Shown here: piece by piece, positions 52,153-64,000 of the stretch
Layout: each line of letters opens with the position of its first letter
How positions within the stretch are numbered: the first letter of the stretch is position 1
Translations under genes and position numbers: made by a program
Source of the DNA: Octopus sinensis
Taxonomy: Eukaryota
Direction of reading: 5' to 3'
Length of the DNA: 64,000 nucleotides
Assembly: GCF_006345805.1 (NCBI RefSeq)
Contig: NC_042999.1
Location: 20,956,001-21,020,000 of the forward strand
The notes under the pieces: model-generated
Databases searched by the model: none
Told to the model about the DNA's origin: nothing
What the model saw: the letters and a program-made list of their open reading frames with translations, nothing else

Positions 52153-52475
52153 GAAACCGTGTAGTAGTTATTAAATGTCTGACACGTCCACGTCCAAACT
52201 CTCTCGGGAACCCGCAGCCGTTAGGGCTTATCGTTCGTGAAATATCTTTAAACATTGTCTCGCATTTTGTTTATAACTTCGTCATACATATAAAATATTT
52301 CTGCAATTCTTCGAAATGTGGCAACTCACTGTAGAATTTTAAATTGTGAAACGCAATAGTGAACAACACTAATAATGATATCTCCTAAAATTATTCCATT
52401 TTATTGTTATGTCGTATAACACCGTTGATATTTCGCGTGCTGCGTTTAATTAATATTTTGTCATTTCACTTTCAG

Positions 52476-52571
52476 GCATCATTTAAATACTTGCGATGAT
52501 TTATACATCAAAATCCACTCAACGACTCATAAATGTTGTAAAGACACATGCCCGAAAACCATCAATAACTG
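52476..52571 (+). other. Candidate 96-nt symmetric (phase 2-2) Cys-rich exon (HHLNTCDDLYIKIHSTTHKCCKDTCPKTINN)
   Basis: Acceptor ttttgtcatttcactttcag, donor tg|gtaata. Only one of three frames is open. Confidence 0.3.
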
Positions 52572-52599
52572 GTAATACATTATTATTATTATTGTTATG

Positions 52600-52900
52600 T
52601 GAGGACGCTTGACCTAATTGTTAGGATGTTGCATCCACAATCACGAGATTGGAGTTCCAATACATAGACCGGGTGGTATGTTGTGTTCTTGAACAAGACA
52701 CTTCATCTTATGTTGCTCTGTTATCACTTCGATATATCACGTGTAATGAACCATGTACCTATTCAGACAAGGTCGATTTAATAGAGATAGTGAGCTAACG
52801 TTCTGTACATACATATGATCAATATAAAAAATCATTTGTGCACGTCTTTCGGCAAAAGCTGAATGCGCATACGTCGTCTTCATCAAGAGTCCATCATCAT
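52600..52900 (+). mobile_element. SINE family D, degenerate
   Basis: ttgtgttcttgaacaagacact core and tRNA-like head. Confidence 0.55.
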
Positions 52901-53218
52901 TATTATTATTATTATTGACTGAGGTTTTGTTGGAAATCCTGGAGTCATACATGCGCAGCGGGCTTGCTCTCTGCAGCCTACGGTACCATTCTATGTTGTG
53001 TTCAAACAGCTAATAATTTTCCGATAATTCTAGCCGTGTCAAGAAGATAACCCTTTTATAACAGCTCTACTGGGTTTTCTATTTCGATTTCCTATATATT
53101 CTCCTTGATATTTTCTGACTCTCTTCCCCAAAGATTTAACGACATTTGGCACTATTTTCACATTCATTTCCAATATTTGATTATATTCTTCTTCTTCCGA
53201 TTATTTTTCCTATTATAA

Positions 53219-53612
53219 GGCGGCGAGCTGGCAGAAACGTGAGCACGCCGGGCAAATGCGTAGCCGTATTTCGTCCGCTGTTACGTTCTCAGTTCAAATT
53301 CCGCCGAGGTCGACTTTGCCTTTCATCCTTTTGAGGTCGATAAGTTAAGTACCAGTTACGCACTGGGGTCGATGTAATCGAATTAATCCGTTTTTCTGTC
53401 CTTGTTTGTCCCCTGTGTGTTTAGCCCCTTGTGGGTAGTAAAGAAATAGGCATTTCGTCAGTCTTTACATACTGAGTTCAAATTCCACCGAAGTCGACTT
53501 TGCCTTTCATCCTTTTGGCGTCGATAAATTAAGTACCAGTTGCATACGGGGTTCGATCTAATCGCGTGGCCCCTCCCCACAGGTTTCGGACATTGTGCAT
53601 AGAGTACAAAAG
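53219..53612 (+). mobile_element. SINE family A with duplicated body
   Basis: Full head, body, then a second body with a different tail. Confidence 0.88.
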
Positions 53613-53848
53613 ATTATTATTGTTAATGCCGTTATCAACTGAGGTGGTGCACTAACAGAATACCTAGCGTGTCAGAGTACATGCTTAGCGCTATTTCTTC
53701 CGAGGCTCAATATTCCCCATTCAAATACTGCCAAGGTCAACCTTGCATTTCATTCTTTTTGGATCGATAAAAATTATCAGCCAAATTATCTCCCCACTCC
53801 ACAACACTGCCAGCTATGTCCCAAAAATGTAAATAACCATTATTATTG

Positions 53849-54200
53849 AGTGAGAGAGCAGTTCATGCCATCAAAGTGAAACTGGGTGTAAAGTATACGA
53901 AGCCCAGTATACCCATCATGACTACCTGTCTGATAAGGGTACACTAGGGACATTCAATACAACCATATGTGCGCAACATGGTGATCTCATATCAAGATAA
54001 ACAGCACATGACCTTGCAGGTGGGGCCCAGTTAGAATTTTCTTCAGTTCGAGTGACCCATCCCACTCAAAATGTTCCTGAACAAGGGTTGTTTAAGGATG
54101 CTGAACGAAAAACGCATGTTTCCAGGGGTGAATTTTTCAAATCCCAAAGAATCTCTCTCAAAACATGGCTATGATGCTCCCCCACTACTTCTGCTCGTGA
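53849..54200. repeat. Unclassified interspersed repeat
   Basis: GC-richer block (gagcagttcatgccatcaaagtg...cccccactacttctgctcgtga) that I recall as a common octopus repeat. Single copy here, so it cannot be verified from the window. Confidence 0.35.
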
Positions 54201-54369
54201 ATAGAAATTTCAAGATTATAATTGGAAAAAATGAAAAAGAAGGAAAAATGCTACTGAAGACATTCAAATCCTTACATAGTCAATAAACAATACTTCTTGC
54301 ATTTCGGTGGCTGTTATGTTGAAAACTGTTGCTTTAAACCCAACATAAAATTTATGTCAATAACGTTCA

Positions 54370-55530
54370 ATGACTAGCCTTGAATTTTTAGGCACAAAAG
54401 ATTTCTGGAGGCAGAATTGTGACAGATATTTTGCAATCACGTCATCCCACATTTACCTCCACTACCGCTTCGGTCATTCACATCATATAATTACATCAAA
54501 CCTGAAAGTGCAATTTATGAGGATAAAACGAATTTGTACTAGTATAGGGGATTAGTGTAAACAAGCCAATGCTTCTGTACACTATTATGTCAAACGTGGT
54601 TATAGTAAGTCAAGATTAAAGAAAATAAGAAATAACACAGCTAAGATTAACAGTCAAATTTTCAAGCATAATTTTAAAAAAGTACAATATCTGACAGAAT
54701 TCCTCTAGTGATTAACTGGCACCAAAATTTCGGTGCAGGAAAATATCTTCGTTTCAGACAAATATTTCCTCAGCCGCCTATTGTAGCCTTTAGACAGAAT
54801 AAAAATATAAGAGAACTATTAATCTCTACTTCAGACTCCAAGAAAACCGATATTGGAGTTTCTACACGAGAGAGGTAAGCCCTGTTTATTGAGCAACATG
54901 AGTCAAGTGAATTCCATCAGGAATCATAACAGAAATGTTATGATTTCTACAGAAGGTGGGACGTGTTGAGATTCCCATTTGGTGTAGCAGCAGAATGCAC
55001 CAGACACAATTTATATAGGTTGTACAACGGAACAATTAAACAAAATATTCAATGGCCACAGATATGACGTCAGGCACAATAACAGTAGCTTGAAAGAACT
55101 TGCCGAACATTTTGCATTAAACGGCTGCAATTTTGAACAAGACTTGATACTGCATATTCTCAGAAAATATTCTGAATTTTCTACATTTTCAGTACTCAAA
55201 ATGCACGAGGGGAAATATGTTTGCGGGTTATTAACATCATGCCCTAGAGGAATGAATAAAATGACAGGAGAATTTCATCATATTTACACAAAACTGTTTG
55301 ATTAAAGATTCTTTTTCCTTTTCTTTCCATTTTTCTCATTTTCTTCTTTCTTTTTCTTTTTGCTAGTTGTAAACTTGAAATTTGAACACTGATGATGTCA
55401 TTCCATCAACCTGGCGTCACTAGTTACTCTCATTCATATTTCGCATTTGAATTTCTGTAATTTTGAATTTTTATCACTTTGCATTTTGAACTCTACAAAG
55501 ACAAGCTAGCTGTCGAAATATCATTCAACC
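54370..55530 (+). mobile_element. Penelope-like element (Neptune-like) remnant: RT thumb, GIY-YIG, 3' repeat with decayed HHR
   Basis: YLHYRFGHSHH..QFMRIKRICT..KRGY; FPQPPIVAFRQNKNIRELL; IYIGCTTEQLNKIFNGHRYDV..LAEHF; PRGMN. gacaagctagctgtc-GAAA-tatc at ~55500-55522. Confidence 0.82.
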
Positions 55531-56789
55531 AATAAATTTCTATTGCAATTATATCGCACCCTTCGTATTGTTTATTATAATAATAATAATAATAATAATA
55601 ATTATTATTATTATTATTATTACCCTCTTCCTTTCCTTGATATCAACGGCATTCTCACAAGGTATTGCGAAATCTATGATCTACCTTGTTTTTGTTTTCT
55701 TCAATCATATCTGTCATTCAAAACTCTAATCTGCTCAATCATTACGGAGAAATCCCATTAAATTATGTGACTATATTTCATTACACCATATGACTCATTT
55801 TCATAGTAGTTCTCTGTCACGTTCAGTTGACAGACTCGTATACTCTTTATATTTTATGGTAGCATTCAGTTAAGAGACGGATAATACTTTCCTTTTTTTC
55901 CAGATTTTGTATTTACTCTGAGTTTTATCAGTGGTTGCCTTTTATCAATTTCATCTTAATGCCATGTTCTTGAGCTTCTATAATTAGCATTTCAGTTTCC
56001 CATTCCAGGCTGTTGTTGTTATTGTTGTTATGATCTGACAGAATCGTTTGAGCGTTAGAAAAATGGTTCCTGCTATTTGATCAGTCCCTTTGTGTTCTGA
56101 GTTCAGATCATGCCGAGGTCAACATCGCTTTCATTTCTCCAGCGTACACAAAATAATGGTCACGTGCTAAGATCGATGGTATTGAATAATCTCCTCCTTT
56201 CATAATTGTTGGCATTGTTATGAAAAAAGAAAAATAATCAACGCCATCATCGAAGTCGTAGTTGAGGTTGTCATCATCATTATCAGCATCGACAGGACGT
56301 TACATTTCGCTTGTGTGATTTCGACAAATTATAGGATTAGACGCTAAGCTGAACAGAAATTTTATGTGAACTGTGTGTTGAGTAGAGAGAGAGAGAGAGA
56401 GAGAGAGTGAAAGAATTTGACTAAGAGAAAGAGTGAGAGATAAGCCGGTTTTATCGTTCATTTTTTTTTTTCAATCTTGCATACAAAAATTAAAAGTTTA
56501 AAATTCGACCAACAAATTTTTCTGCTGTTAAAAATTTCAACCATGGTGACTAAAATTGTACACGCCCCTGGAACTACAAAAAGAAACACAGAGAAATAAA
56601 TTTAATTCGCGTAAACAAAATAACACGTAGTGATTTGCGTTTAAAAAATTGCGAGAAATTCAATTTTCACAGCGATCTACATTTCATAACATGGCAAACA
56701 AAATCAGTGTCAGCCAAAATTCTATGGAAGAATATAACAGCAGTAATTTATTGCTTTTGCTTCTGATGCTGGTTTGTATGTTGAGCGAA

Positions 56790-57138
56790 GCGGTCTTCGT
56801 CCCAGAGTGGGAGAGGTCCGAAACGTGGTCCTTTGCTATTCGTAAGACCCGCAGAAGAGAAAGCAGGTCAACTCCTGACACCGAGAGCATCGACGGATGG
56901 ATAAATGTGCATCCAGGCTCAGCGGTTGCGTAGGAAGTCGGGGATAAGAAACAGGAAGAAAGAGTGAGAGAAAGTTGGAGCGAAAGAGTTCAACAGGGGT
57001 CGCCCCTCCCTGCCGGAGCCACATGGAGCTTTATGTATTTCCGCTCAATAAACACACACAGCGCCCGGTCTGGGAATCGAAACCACGATCCTACGACCGT
57101 GAGTCCGCTGCCCTAACCCCTGGGCCATTGCGCCTCCA
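56790..57138 (-). mobile_element. SINE family C subfamily with alternative 3' half
   Basis: Head colinear with 22421. After the ctctttcttcctg motif it diverges to a different tail. Confidence 0.8.
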
Positions 57139-58464
57139 CTGCTTCTGCTGCTGGTGTCAAGGACAATTTGAATATGGCACAGCTAATATATGTAATCAAC
57201 TGAAATTATTTCCCGAGAACTTATTCAAATTTACATTGCAGGGTTTAGTAAATAAATTACAGTGTGTATATAAGTATCTTCAATTGGAGTGCAAAGAACA
57301 ATTCCCGAAACCCCTAATCCGCTACATAAAATAATGCAGTTTCTATGAACAGCTTTAGAAAATACGGGAGCATCGACTTGGTCGTTAATAATGAGACGAT
57401 GATAAAGCATCAGTAGTTGCGTCAGACGTTTGAACTCAGAAGCTGTGTTAGCAATAGAATAAAAGATGACAGTGTATTCTTATTGACACATTTACAGTAC
57501 AATATGAGTGAAGAGCTAGTGTGAGGCCAAGGGAAAGTTATATGTTCTCAAAACAAGTTAGCATGGGTTTTCAAGTTGTGATTTCTGAAGAGCATCTTAG
57601 TTTCGCGGCTCTTCGTATACTTCAAACCAAACGAAACTGAAGTAATTATGCATGGCAGAAGCATTGTACCTGTGGTACTAGAAGGGATTATACAGCTAGG
57701 ACTTGATAAAAGAGAAAGAGAGGTAAGTGGCGGAAACAAACACACAATAGAGTACATCATAATGTCAGAGGTTAGTGTACGATTGTGTGTGAATTTGTTA
57801 GTTAGTGGAACAGACTTTCTCTTCTGTTTGTAGTATTGTACGTCTGATATCATAAGAAGTAACTCTCGGTGGGAGAAACGAATGGTAAATACCAGAAACA
57901 GCGGAGATGTGCACAAATCCATATCTGCTATAAAGTAATGATCTTTTATGTTTTTGTTTAAAATCTAGTTTGATTTCACTTTTGATAGTTTCAGGTACAA
58001 TTCAAAAATTACGAGCAATTTTAGAGCAGCCATCTCTAAAATTTACTACTATAAAATATCTGATATTCTTCCGAAATTAGAAATTGTTTAACTGTGGCGA
58101 AGAGGTGGTAGTCAATAGCAGTGTTGATAGGTCAGTGCAAAGTGCATTGCAGAAATTTGCCATTTTCAATCCCTCAATTCTTTCCTGTTCAAACCAAGTG
58201 AAGCGGAGGCTTATCGTGGCTCAACTGACGGAAATGTTGAGGCCTATAATAATTTTAACAGAAAATTCTTTTTAAAGATCGTGTCAATTGCACCCACGAA
58301 TTCTGTCTGCAGCAAATACACGTGGTTTTTGTATAAAGGTGTCCTAAACTAATTTGAAAATTAGGATCTAAGTCCGCCGGAAATGTACATAGTATTGACG
58401 AATATATAGTAAATGAAGAATACAAATTAATTCCTGACACTTCCAAAAATATTCATATATAAGT

Positions 58465-58875
58465 ATTCTTTTCTACACTAGACACAAGGCCCGTGATTCG
58501 GGGGAGGAATACAGACTATTAGATCGACCCCAGTACGCAACTGGTACTTATCAACCCCGAAAGGATAAAAGGCAAAGTCGATTTCGGCGGAATTTGAACT
58601 CCGAAATACATAATACAGTCGAAATGCCGGTAAGCATTTCACCCGGCGTGCTAACGTTTCTGCCAGCTCGCCGCCTTCTTAATATATACTCTTTTCTACT
58701 CTAGGCACAAGGCCCGAAACTTTTGGGGAGAGGGGCCAGTCGATTCGCAACTGGTACTTAATTTATTGACCCCGAAAGGAGGAAAAGCAAAGTCGACCAC
58801 AGCGGAAATTTAATTAAGAACGTAAAGCATTTTGCCCGACATACTAACGTTTCTGCCAGCTCGCCAGCTTCTTAA
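58465..58875 (-). mobile_element. Two tandem SINE family A copies
   Basis: gctaacgtttctgccagctcgcc at ~58650-58675 and ~58845-58866. Confidence 0.85.
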
Positions 58876-60280
58876 TATATACGTATTGACATAGCTGTGT
58901 ATTTAAGATTTTCAGATTGTAAGGCCGTGGTTTCGGGTTTAGTCTCACTGCGTAGCGTCTTGGGTAAGTGTTCTTTTACTATCGACATTAGGCAAGCAGC
59001 GTCTTTTTCGGTAGGCGGAATCTATGTAGAAGTCCGTCATAAAGTTGTAAATGTGTGTTTTTTTATTTTTGTCCAAAGACTGAAAACACGTTATTTACTT
59101 TTCTCTTAGACGTTTGGCAAAGACTTCTGTAGAATAAATAGTAGAACAAATAAAAGAATAAGGAAAAGCATAATTTGATGTTGATAGTAATAAAAACGTG
59201 ATAGTACTGTCACCTTAGTAGGACCGACTCTAAGATATGAAAGCATTCTTTCTGGAAGGAAAACTTTTGTAGTGTTTCTCTGAGCAAGTGAGTTACGTGA
59301 TATTTGGCGAAGATTGTCGCATATAGTTTATAGTGAGATGTTTAAAAATAGTTAAGTTCTGTGAGTATGTAGCGTTAGAAAAGTGTATGTTTTGCAGAGA
59401 CATTTGAATTGATTATAAATGATTCACAGTAAATATACTGCAGTTCATACTTAGTGGAGATAATGTGCTGAATGGGTTTTTTTAACACAAACATGGCGAT
59501 TTATTCTCTAAGATATGTATTCTATTGTCAGGGAGTTTCAAGTACTATTTAGAAACAGTACTAATTTGTGGTCTTTCATGCGCCAAAACAAGTGCGTATT
59601 TTTAAGCGGATTTCAAGTGTAATGTGTCTGTAAGGAATGTCAAAAATACTTTTTATATAAGTGTGCAGTGGAAACCAATATTAAGTCTTCCTGAGTGCAG
59701 ATTGTCGCAGCATCCGACATTACATATTTTTTCTTCTCAAAGCAAGATTAGAAACAGAAGTGGACACATTGCATAAAACGGGCAATAAGTGTTGTAATGT
59801 AATTCATTTATTTTTTATTTTCTTTTGAAAAATGTGTCTCAGTAATAAGTCGTCACAGGGAAAAAATTATCGACTCTGCTCCGAACAAATCTGTTAATGC
59901 AAATATTGTAACGTTACACACGAGGTACAATTTAAAGTATTAGAAGAGTAATATATTTCTTCGGAAGTAAAGTTTTATGGCGTGTCATAACCAAGTGCCC
60001 ATTGGTTTCCCAGCATTTATAAAGCACTTAGCAGTATAGGTGCGAAATCAAACCAATGGTCTATAACTGGCCATAACATTTAACATACTAATATATATAT
60101 ATATATTTAAGTCTATGAGAATTATTTATAAAGATTTTCAAAGTAAAGGTGATTATTGTTTTTAATTATTTTTCCAAAATATGTTATGAAATCTTATCAA
60201 GATGGTACTAACCATTTAGGGGAAGAAGCTTTTTTTCTACTGTGTGAAAGCTATCGTTTAACTTTTTCAACACACACACC

Positions 60281-60341
<61 letters not shown>

Positions 60342-60923
60342 CATATTATACACCAAAAAGTATTTCTCCACTCTAAGATAGGAAAATATATTAAACTTGA
60401 TTATTTGTTAACCCAATACGACAGAAACACATTAAGATACTGGTAACATATCCGAACATCAATTCTGTTCTACTTAAAATACGTGGTAACAATTCGACCT
60501 ACCGTCAAACTTACATTAAAAAAAAGAGACTGTTTCTATCACAGGCTTATAGATATATCACTGTTATCAATGTTACAATGAAGAGACGTAGCAGATCAAA
60601 CGGAAACAATGTGTCGAAGATGTATAAAAGCAATCTTAAGTTTCGGATAAAAGGCTGGCAAAACTTGAAATATTAACTACTTTCAGCTACAGAATGATTT
60701 AATAAACGATAAATATGAAATTTAGATAACACTATTTATGACAGGCTCTCATCGTGTATACGTTATCGTGTAAACATCAATTTTAACCAACGTGACCAAA
60801 ACAACTACTGTCTGCTCATTTGCATTGAAAACCCCTGTCCGGAAACCTGTATAAAGATTTATTGATAGCTTAAACACAGACATTTCCAGAGTGACATAAT
60901 AACTACAGTCTCATTTGCATTAG

Positions 60924-61040
60924 AACATTGTGTCCGAACGCTCACATGAAGATCGACAGATAGCTTTCCTGTCATATTTAACCCATCTTATGAAGGAGAA
61001 CAACAAGAAATTATATAACGCATTAAAACAATGGAAATAG
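60924..61040 (+). other. Candidate terminal coding exon (NIVSERSHEDRQIAFLSYLTHLMKENNKKLYNALKQWK*)
   Basis: Acceptor ctcatttgcattag, 38 open codons to TAG, AATAAA ~70 nt downstream (~61110). No homology recognised. Confidence 0.25.
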
Positions 61041-61348
61041 ATAATGGAGGAGTTGTTTCTGTCACATTGTTTTTTAATATCTTTAACTTTCTGCTTGACG
61101 TGATTCAATCAATAAAAAAAACTATGATTAATTTGCTTCTGATGTTTTATTACAGCTTGTATTATTTTAACTAATAGATATGTATGTATCTATGTATGTA
61201 CGTATATATATATATATGTGTGTATATATACATATATACATATATATATATATATATGTATCTGTGTGTGTACGTATATATATGTGTGTATATATACATA
61301 TATACATATATATATATATGTATCTGTGTGTGTACGTATATATATGTG

Positions 61349-61383
<35 letters not shown>

Positions 61384-61403
61384 GTATCTATGTATGTACG
61401 TTT

Positions 61404-61474
<71 letters not shown>

Positions 61475-61602
61475 GAGAAGACTTTGATTGCCATTTCATA
61501 TGCAATAAATAAAAGAAATCAACGTTATTGGACATTAACCGATAAGACTACACGACATTATCGATCGGAATATCGAAACACAGAGAAGGCTTCAAATGAA
61601 AG

Positions 61603-61640
<38 letters not shown>

Positions 61641-62664
61641 GTATTTGTGTATACATAACACATATATACACATATATACACATATATACACATGTAATAT
61701 ATACGTACGTATATCTATGTGTGTCAAATAACACCTCACAAAAAGTATCTTAATAAATAAAGGAAGAATAGAAACCTCAATTAGTAATTCAATAAATACA
61801 AATAAATGCAAACAATTTCAATCTTCCTTTCATCATAATTTTTCTTTATTTCTTCCTTAAAAAGGAAAAAGACATTGGCACGGGAAATATCGTGAGTTCA
61901 AAGAAGTTTATCAATTTACAGCTTAAAATGTTTACAAATGACAATTTTCTTTCATAAAGCGTTTTTTCTGATTCATTCCCTCATTGTTCTTTCGTTAATT
62001 TCATTTCGAACTAATAAATATTTATCGTTTAATTCCTATAAGCAGTACATTTTCCGCATTTGCGATACAGTAGCTTTCACGCCGCCGTAACGTCGCTAGT
62101 ATTTAAATTATTTGCAGCATAATGTTCCGTTAAAACGGATAACTCGATTCTAGGTCATGCTCTGATTTGAGATGAAAACTGGATAAATAATTATATCTTC
62201 AATTAGAAGAAAATTTTACCCATACTGTCTCATAGGATTCTATCATGAAGCACTTTCGAAAGTGGCAGTATAATTAATATGCACATGTACATATACATAT
62301 ATTTGTGTGTGTAAACGCTCATATATACATACGTATATACATATATGAAAATATTTGTAATGTTTATTATATATATAATGTGCAGCTGTCTGTATGTGTG
62401 TGTATATATTTCTTTTCTTTGTTTTATGCTTTTCAGCCCAAAGCCTGTGACCATGTTGTGGCATAGTCAAATCCATACATATATGGATAATATCATAAAC
62501 TTTAAGTTTCGAAAATGTGAAGTTATTCATTTTATAAACGTTGAATCTAGAAGCAAATACGGCTATTACTAATAGCGTGTAAATATTATGTTGTTTATGA
62601 CTATATGTACTCCGAGGTTCACCGATCCTAAAGAGAGTTTGATATATATATATATATATATATA

Positions 62665-63215
62665 TATAATCAAAGTAAGCAACAAGAATATCTTCGGTAA
62701 TTTGGTACGATCGTTTCACGCTACATAGCAATCATCAGCCATTCATAGAGGTTTTTCATCAATACATATACTTCAATAGCCATATGTATGCGTCCTTACT
62801 ATGTAAGGGGATGTCCTTTCGCGAAAACTCTATATTTACCTTTTCCATCCTTGTTGAGAAGTTAAGTACCAGAAAGCATATATTATGTATGGAATTATAA
62901 GTTCAGCAAAATTTAGATTCAAATGAATATGGTACTTAAGGACGCATACATATGGCTATTGAAGTATATGTATTGATGGAAAACCTCTATGAATGACTGA
63001 TCATTGCTATGTAGCATGAAACGATCGTACCAAATTACCGAAGATATTCTTGTTGCTTACTTTGATTATAATCACCCCGGGGATTTATATGGATAACACT
63101 GTACAAAATCCTGGTGCATCTGACTTAAGTAACATATTCATTTGAATCTAAATTTTGCTGAAATTATGATTCCATACATTGTGTATGTTTTCTGGGACTT
63201 CTCAACTAGGATGGA
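62665..63215. mobile_element. Non-coding HHR-bearing element as inverted, circularly permuted partial dimer
   Basis: 62665-62798 is the reverse complement of 62937-63070, and 62844-62940 is the reverse complement of 63124-63215. The junction is at the palindrome cttaag. Confidence 0.8.
62701..62743 (-). ncRNA. Minimal type I hammerhead ribozyme
   Basis: aatgg-CTGATGA-ttgcta-tg-tagcgt-GAAAC-gatc-GTA-ccaaa. The plus-arm copy (62992-63034) has CTGATCA (G8C, probably dead). Confidence 0.72.
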
Positions 63216-63225
63216 TTTAAAAAAT

Positions 63226-63832
63226 CAGATTTTTAAAAATATTTTTTGTAACTAAACACGTTCAAACTTCGGACACTGGTAGAATGTGTCATATAAAATA
63301 TCTTTTCCTCTTAGCATTTTTGAGAAAAAACTTTTATTTACGAAGTTATTTCACGTCAAAATTCTCGTATTTCGGTAACTTCAACCAATCAATGACGTGT
63401 ATTCAGCTGAATAAAATTACTGCTGTTGTTTGATAACAAGAACTACCGATGGTGTATATTTCGTTTGAGACTGATATTTATGACAACCCTAATCTTAAAA
63501 CCTCGACCCTAAACCCCTAACTCTAAAACCTTAACCCTAACCTTAAAAGCAGTACAGACGCACGAACGATGTCATAAATATCAGTGACAAACGAAGTATA
63601 CACCGCCGATAGTTGTTGCTGACAAACAACGGCAGTAATTTTATTCAGCTGAATACACGTCATTCATTGGTTGAAACTACCGAAATACGAGAACGTTAAC
63701 GTGATATAACTTCGTAAATATAAGTTTTTCTCAAAAATGCTAAGAGTAAAAGATATTTTATATGACACATTCTATCAGTGTCCGAAGTATGAAAGTGTTT
63801 AGTTACAAAAAAAAAATATTTTTTTAAATCTG
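63226..63832. mobile_element. Fold-back DNA transposon/MITE with ~250-bp TIRs and telomere-like core
   Basis: cagatttt..gtaactaaacac...tatttatgaca pairs with tgtcataaatatcag...gtgtttagttac..aaatctg. The core 63485-63545 is degenerate (TAACCC)n. Confidence 0.85.
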
Positions 63833-64000
63833 TAGGTCAAAAGGTAAAGACCCATAATAATAATCGACCAACCTAATGGACATTATGTGTTCTGAAATGA
63901 TGTAAAGCAAATTTGACGTCAGTAAAATTACAACTCAAGGCGCGGAAATCCGAACGAAGTATTGTAACTAATGTTCTAACGACCCTTCCAAATGCTAGCG

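Noticed and set aside
60545-60625. YHCYQCYNEE..QCVEDV, reminiscent of a Ly6-type CYQC start
   Set aside because: The frame contains stop codons before, within and after, and the match is too short to call a pseudogene.

Overview
AT-rich, repeat-dominated animal genomic DNA. The tRNA-derived SINE repertoire and long (TA)n/(CA)n tracts point to an octopus genome (inferred from recalled repeat families, not database-checked). No intact host gene or genuine tRNA/rRNA can be supported, and almost all ORF-track calls with YI/CV/HT runs are microsatellite artefacts. Recognisable content: four CR1-type LINE remnants (one young, ~2 kb), two RTE 3' ends, R4-like RLE LINE remnants, Penelope-like elements (PLEs; an inverted Poseidon-like pair and a Neptune-like remnant), mariner/maT remnants, MITEs, Helitron-like elements, and many copies of four tRNA-derived SINE families. 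The main unexplained signal is a dense set of type I hammerhead ribozyme (HHR) motifs with palindromic helix III, about 16 motifs in ~8 sequence families. Three non-coding HHR elements are the most notable: a 490-bp tandem array that folds back on itself (42136-43791), a 302-bp-arm perfect palindrome (2103-2705), and a circularly permuted inverted dimer implying a ~325-nt monomer (62665-63215). All three abut (TA)n tracts, and two share the same TTATA^ATCACCCC breakpoint. This looks like a PLE-driven, retrozyme-like (possibly circular RNA) system that targets TA microsatellites. A few low-confidence small exon candidates lie on the + strand.
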